Source of the DNA: Capsulimonadales bacterium
GTDB lineage: Bacteria > Armatimonadota > Armatimonadia > Armatimonadales > Armatimonadaceae
Assembly (NCBI GenBank): GCA_033762295.1
Contig: JANRLW010000085.1
Span: forward strand, 10,604 to 74,603
Direction of reading: 5' to 3'
Length of the DNA: 64,000 nt
Below, piece by piece: positions 61,387 through 64,000 of this stretch. A program made the position numbers and the translations under genes. How positions within the stretch are numbered: the first letter of the stretch is position 1; each line of letters starts with the position of its first letter. A model generated the notes under the pieces. The model saw only the letters and a program-made list of their open reading frames with translations, had not been told where the DNA came from and did no database searches.

Positions 61387-62355
61387 ATGAAAAAAGCGTT
61401 TACGCTGATCGAACTTCTCGTTGTCATCGCCATTATCGCGATTCTTGCCGCTATCCTCTTCCCCGTCTTCGCCCAGGCCCGTGAAAAGGCCCGCCAGACC
61501 TCCTGCCTTTCCAACTCCAAGCAGCTGGGTCTCGGTATCGCGATGTACGTTCAGGACAACGACGAAATCTATCCGCAGGCCTACTACTACAAGAACAACA
61601 CTGCGACCACCAACGGTGGCGCGGCGGGCGGCTACGTGACCTGGACCGTCACCGTGATGCCGTACGTCAAGAACCAGCAGATCTTCGTCTGCCCGTCCGA
61701 CCGCACCGGCGGTCTGACCCCGGACAACCCGGTCTGCCCGAACTTCCAGGATGTTGCCACCCTCGGCTGCGAAGCCCAGGTGCCGCGCCTGTCCTACACT
61801 CCGAACTCCGCGATCATGCCCCGCAAGCGCGGTCCGCAGGACGGACCGAACACCGTCGCGATCGCCGCGGTGGACGCTCCGGCCGACGTCATCGCCCTCG
61901 CCGAGTTCACCAACTTCAATAACTGCATCTTCGGCACCTCCTCCCAGCAGGCCAACGCGGGCGAACTGCGCAACAAGTCGCACCGCCCGACCAACGCCCT
62001 GATGCTGGCTGATGGTTCCGAATACGCCGCGCAGAGCGTCGCCGATATGGCGGTCGCCCCGTACGCCGTTACCAAGGCCGCCGCGGAAGGCCCGCTCGGA
62101 TGGGGTGGCCCGTCCGACAACGGCAACGTGACCAACCCGGCCGGCTGCCGCACCACCAACATCGGCTCCGGTCTGCACATCCGCTGGGCCGAACCGGCTC
62201 GCCACAGCGGCGGTTCCAACTACACCTTCGCCGACGGCCACGCCAAGTGGTTCCGCTTCGATGCGACCATCAACCCGAACAACTTCCTCTGGGGCAAGCG
62301 CTACTTCCCGAGCGGCCAGCCGGTTCTCGACCAGGCGGGCGTTCCGGTTCGCTAA
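61387..62355 (+). CDS. DUF1559 prepilin-type protein with H-X9-DG motif
   Basis: [66 protein letters not shown]. Confidence 0.93.
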   Translation: MKKAFTLIELLVVIAIIAILAAILFPVFAQAREKARQTSCLSNSKQLGLGIAMYVQDNDEIYPQAYYYKNNTATTNGGAAGGYVTWTVTVMPYVKNQQIFVCPSDRTGGLTPDNPVCPNFQDVATLGCEAQVPRLSYTPNSAIMPRKRGPQDGPNTVAIAAVDAPADVIALAEFTNFNNCIFGTSSQQANAGELRNKSHRPTNALMLADGSEYAAQSVADMAVAPYAVTKAAAEGPLGWGGPSDNGNVTNPAGCRTTNIGSGLHIRWAEPARHSGGSNYTFADGHAKWFRFDATINPNNFLWGKRYFPSGQPVLDQAGVPVR

Positions 62356-62380
62356 TTCCACCGGAAAAACCGACAGGAAA

Positions 62381-62414
62381 ACGGGAGGCCGATTTCGGCC
62401 TCCCGTCTTCTTTT
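62381..62414 (+). terminator. Rho-independent terminator
   Basis: ACGGGAGGCCGA-TT-TCGGCCTCCCGT followed by CTTCTTTT. Confidence 0.8.
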
Positions 62415-62483
62415 GCTATTTTCCTGTCCGAGCGGACACCGGACTCCCGTGACCCGGCCTCCCTCCGAAGGCGTTCATGGCGT

Positions 62484-63689
62484 TCATAAGGGAAAACCGC
62501 GCACCACAAGCACGCCATACCTGCCGGGATACCAATCGATCCGCGTCTGAGAATCCCCATAGAGAGTCGTGATCCGGTCCATGGCATCCCGCAGGGGCAG
62601 ATTTTCGATCCGGAGGTTTTTCGTCACCTTTTGCCGGTCCTTATACGACGACACATGGGCAAGTACAGGTATTTTATAGGTTATGTGCACCAGTTTGAGC
62701 GCCTGGTTCAGTGTCAGTGCGTCCCCACGTACACTGCCCTTTCGACCGTACGATTCGGACCTCTTGTTCGCCTCCCGCGCTTCCACGTCCTGCGGTCGAT
62801 AGATCGGACGGTCATCGGGCACTTCGTGAACCGGCGCGGAAGGATCGGTGGTTTCCTCACGTCGCATGGGCGGTTGTTTGAGAAAGATCGCAAAGCGGAT
62901 AAACCCCGTCGGCCCTTCCACCCGGACAGCGTATTCCCGGAAATTTGCCAGGTCTCCCGGTTCGATACTGATTCTTGCTGCGTGGACTTCATCCGCAGGG
63001 ACGGCCCGAGGCTCCGATCCTCCGTCTTTCTCCTGTCTTCGGTCCATATCCTGATTTACCTGGTCGACCATCCGTTTCAGCCAATCCTCCATCGGTTCGG
63101 GGAGGTCCCGGACGTTGACCATTTTGTCCGAGTCAAAGAGGGCCTGCTTACGTTCGGCGGGTAACCGGTCAAAGTGGCGGAAAAACGCCTCCCCCGCCGC
63201 GTAAGCGGCCTTCTGTTCGTCGGAGAGGTTCTCGAAAAAGACGCTTTCCATGCTGAGCGGTGTAATGAGTCGGTACTCTGTGGGCGAGTCGCGCCGCCAT
63301 CCGCATCCGTATACCGAGGCAACCGCATCCATGATGGCGCGAACCGAGACCCCTTCGACGGTCGCATAATAGATCAGTCCGGGACTATTGCTACGGAGCG
63401 CCCTTCTCGACGTCCGTCCCGCCGTGAGTAGAAGCTTTTCTTGGCGGCAGATACCTTTCGGCAAACGGACGACTCGATTCAGGGCAGCATCCTCCTCAAA
63501 GAGCTTTTCCGTGTCACGTGCGTGATTCACCCGTCGTAACTCGTCCGATCCGCTGATCTGCCCGGTCGCTCGCCGAACATCCTGCCCCGGGGCCGGAGAT
63601 ACACCCGATAAAGTCAGAAAAGCTCCTATCGTCCCCAGTACCGCCGGCCTATGTGTCCACTGACTCCACTTTGTCGGCAAAAAACGCAT
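62484..63689 (-). CDS. Hypothetical exported protein with two secretin-N0/STN-like segments
   Basis: Signal peptide; VSVRAIMDAVASVYGCGW and LPLRDAMDRITTLYG...W; codon usage less GC-rich than neighbours. Confidence 0.6.
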   Translation of the reverse strand: MRFLPTKWSQWTHRPAVLGTIGAFLTLSGVSPAPGQDVRRATGQISGSDELRRVNHARDTEKLFEEDAALNRVVRLPKGICRQEKLLLTAGRTSRRALRSNSPGLIYYATVEGVSVRAIMDAVASVYGCGWRRDSPTEYRLITPLSMESVFFENLSDEQKAAYAAGEAFFRHFDRLPAERKQALFDSDKMVNVRDLPEPMEDWLKRMVDQVNQDMDRRQEKDGGSEPRAVPADEVHAARISIEPGDLANFREYAVRVEGPTGFIRFAIFLKQPPMRREETTDPSAPVHEVPDDRPIYRPQDVEAREANKRSESYGRKGSVRGDALTLNQALKLVHITYKIPVLAHVSSYKDRQKVTKNLRIENLPLRDAMDRITTLYGDSQTRIDWYPGRYGVLVVRGFPL

Positions 63690-63736
63690 CGATCCGCTCC
63701 TTATGCTGTAGGTTGACTGGTGTATTTGCTCCGATA

Positions 63737-63766
63737 AAAAAGGCCGAGATTACTCTCGACCTTTTT
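63737..63766. terminator. Bidirectional terminator-like hairpin
   Basis: AAAAAGGCCGAGA-TTAC-TCTCGACCTTTTT. Confidence 0.55.
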
Positions 63767-64000
63767 CCGGAGGATTTGATGACGATGCGAACGTGCAGGT
63801 GATTGAGGTTGTAGTGATAACGGCGTGGAGATTGAAGCCGACGCTAACGACTAACAACCGGAAGCTGCCTTCTTTCATTGCGGTTGAGAGGGTTCTCGAC
63901 TTAAAGAATACTCCGTTTTACCGTTCAATACCAGTAGACTGATGATTTTTATACTGCCAGGAGGGATGTACTGTCGCGTCGTTGCCATGAGACGGGAGGC

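Noticed and set aside
63740..64000. Short minus-strand ORFs (MKEGSFRLL..., MATTRQYIP...)
   Set aside because: About 40 aa, no SD or motif, atypical codon use; cannot be supported at the window edge.

Overview
High-GC bacterial chromosomal window, most likely Armatimonadota. The evidence is three DUF1559-type prepilin genes with the LFPVFAQAR...SLSN/CLSN N-terminus and H-X9-DG C-terminus, Uma2 paralogues, HisKA_2 kinase paralogues, and DUF5693-csaB next to outer-membrane barrels. About 50 protein genes are present; I saw no rRNA, tRNA, CRISPR, phage or IS element. Housekeeping genes are hisG (partial), hsp20-lon, metH, photolyase, pilT/pilU, an adk-like kinase, LCP and rsgA. Best leads: (1) pilin-like DUF1559 modules with different partner genes, two preceded by 11-bp-period TTAAC (Pho-box-like) repeats and one coupled to a Tat-exported phosphodiesterase; (2) a CcdA/RHH-like regulator whose promoter carries a triple 9-bp repeat, upstream of photolyase-X-pilT-OMT, with a LOV histidine kinase elsewhere in the window; (3) a ~1170-aa outer-membrane barrel with SprA-like inserted domains directly after DUF5693-csaB; (4) recurrent leaderless-type promoters, a HAIR-like operator, and a sugar kinase-pyrophosphorylase fusion. 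All calls rest on motif recognition by eye; no searches were run.
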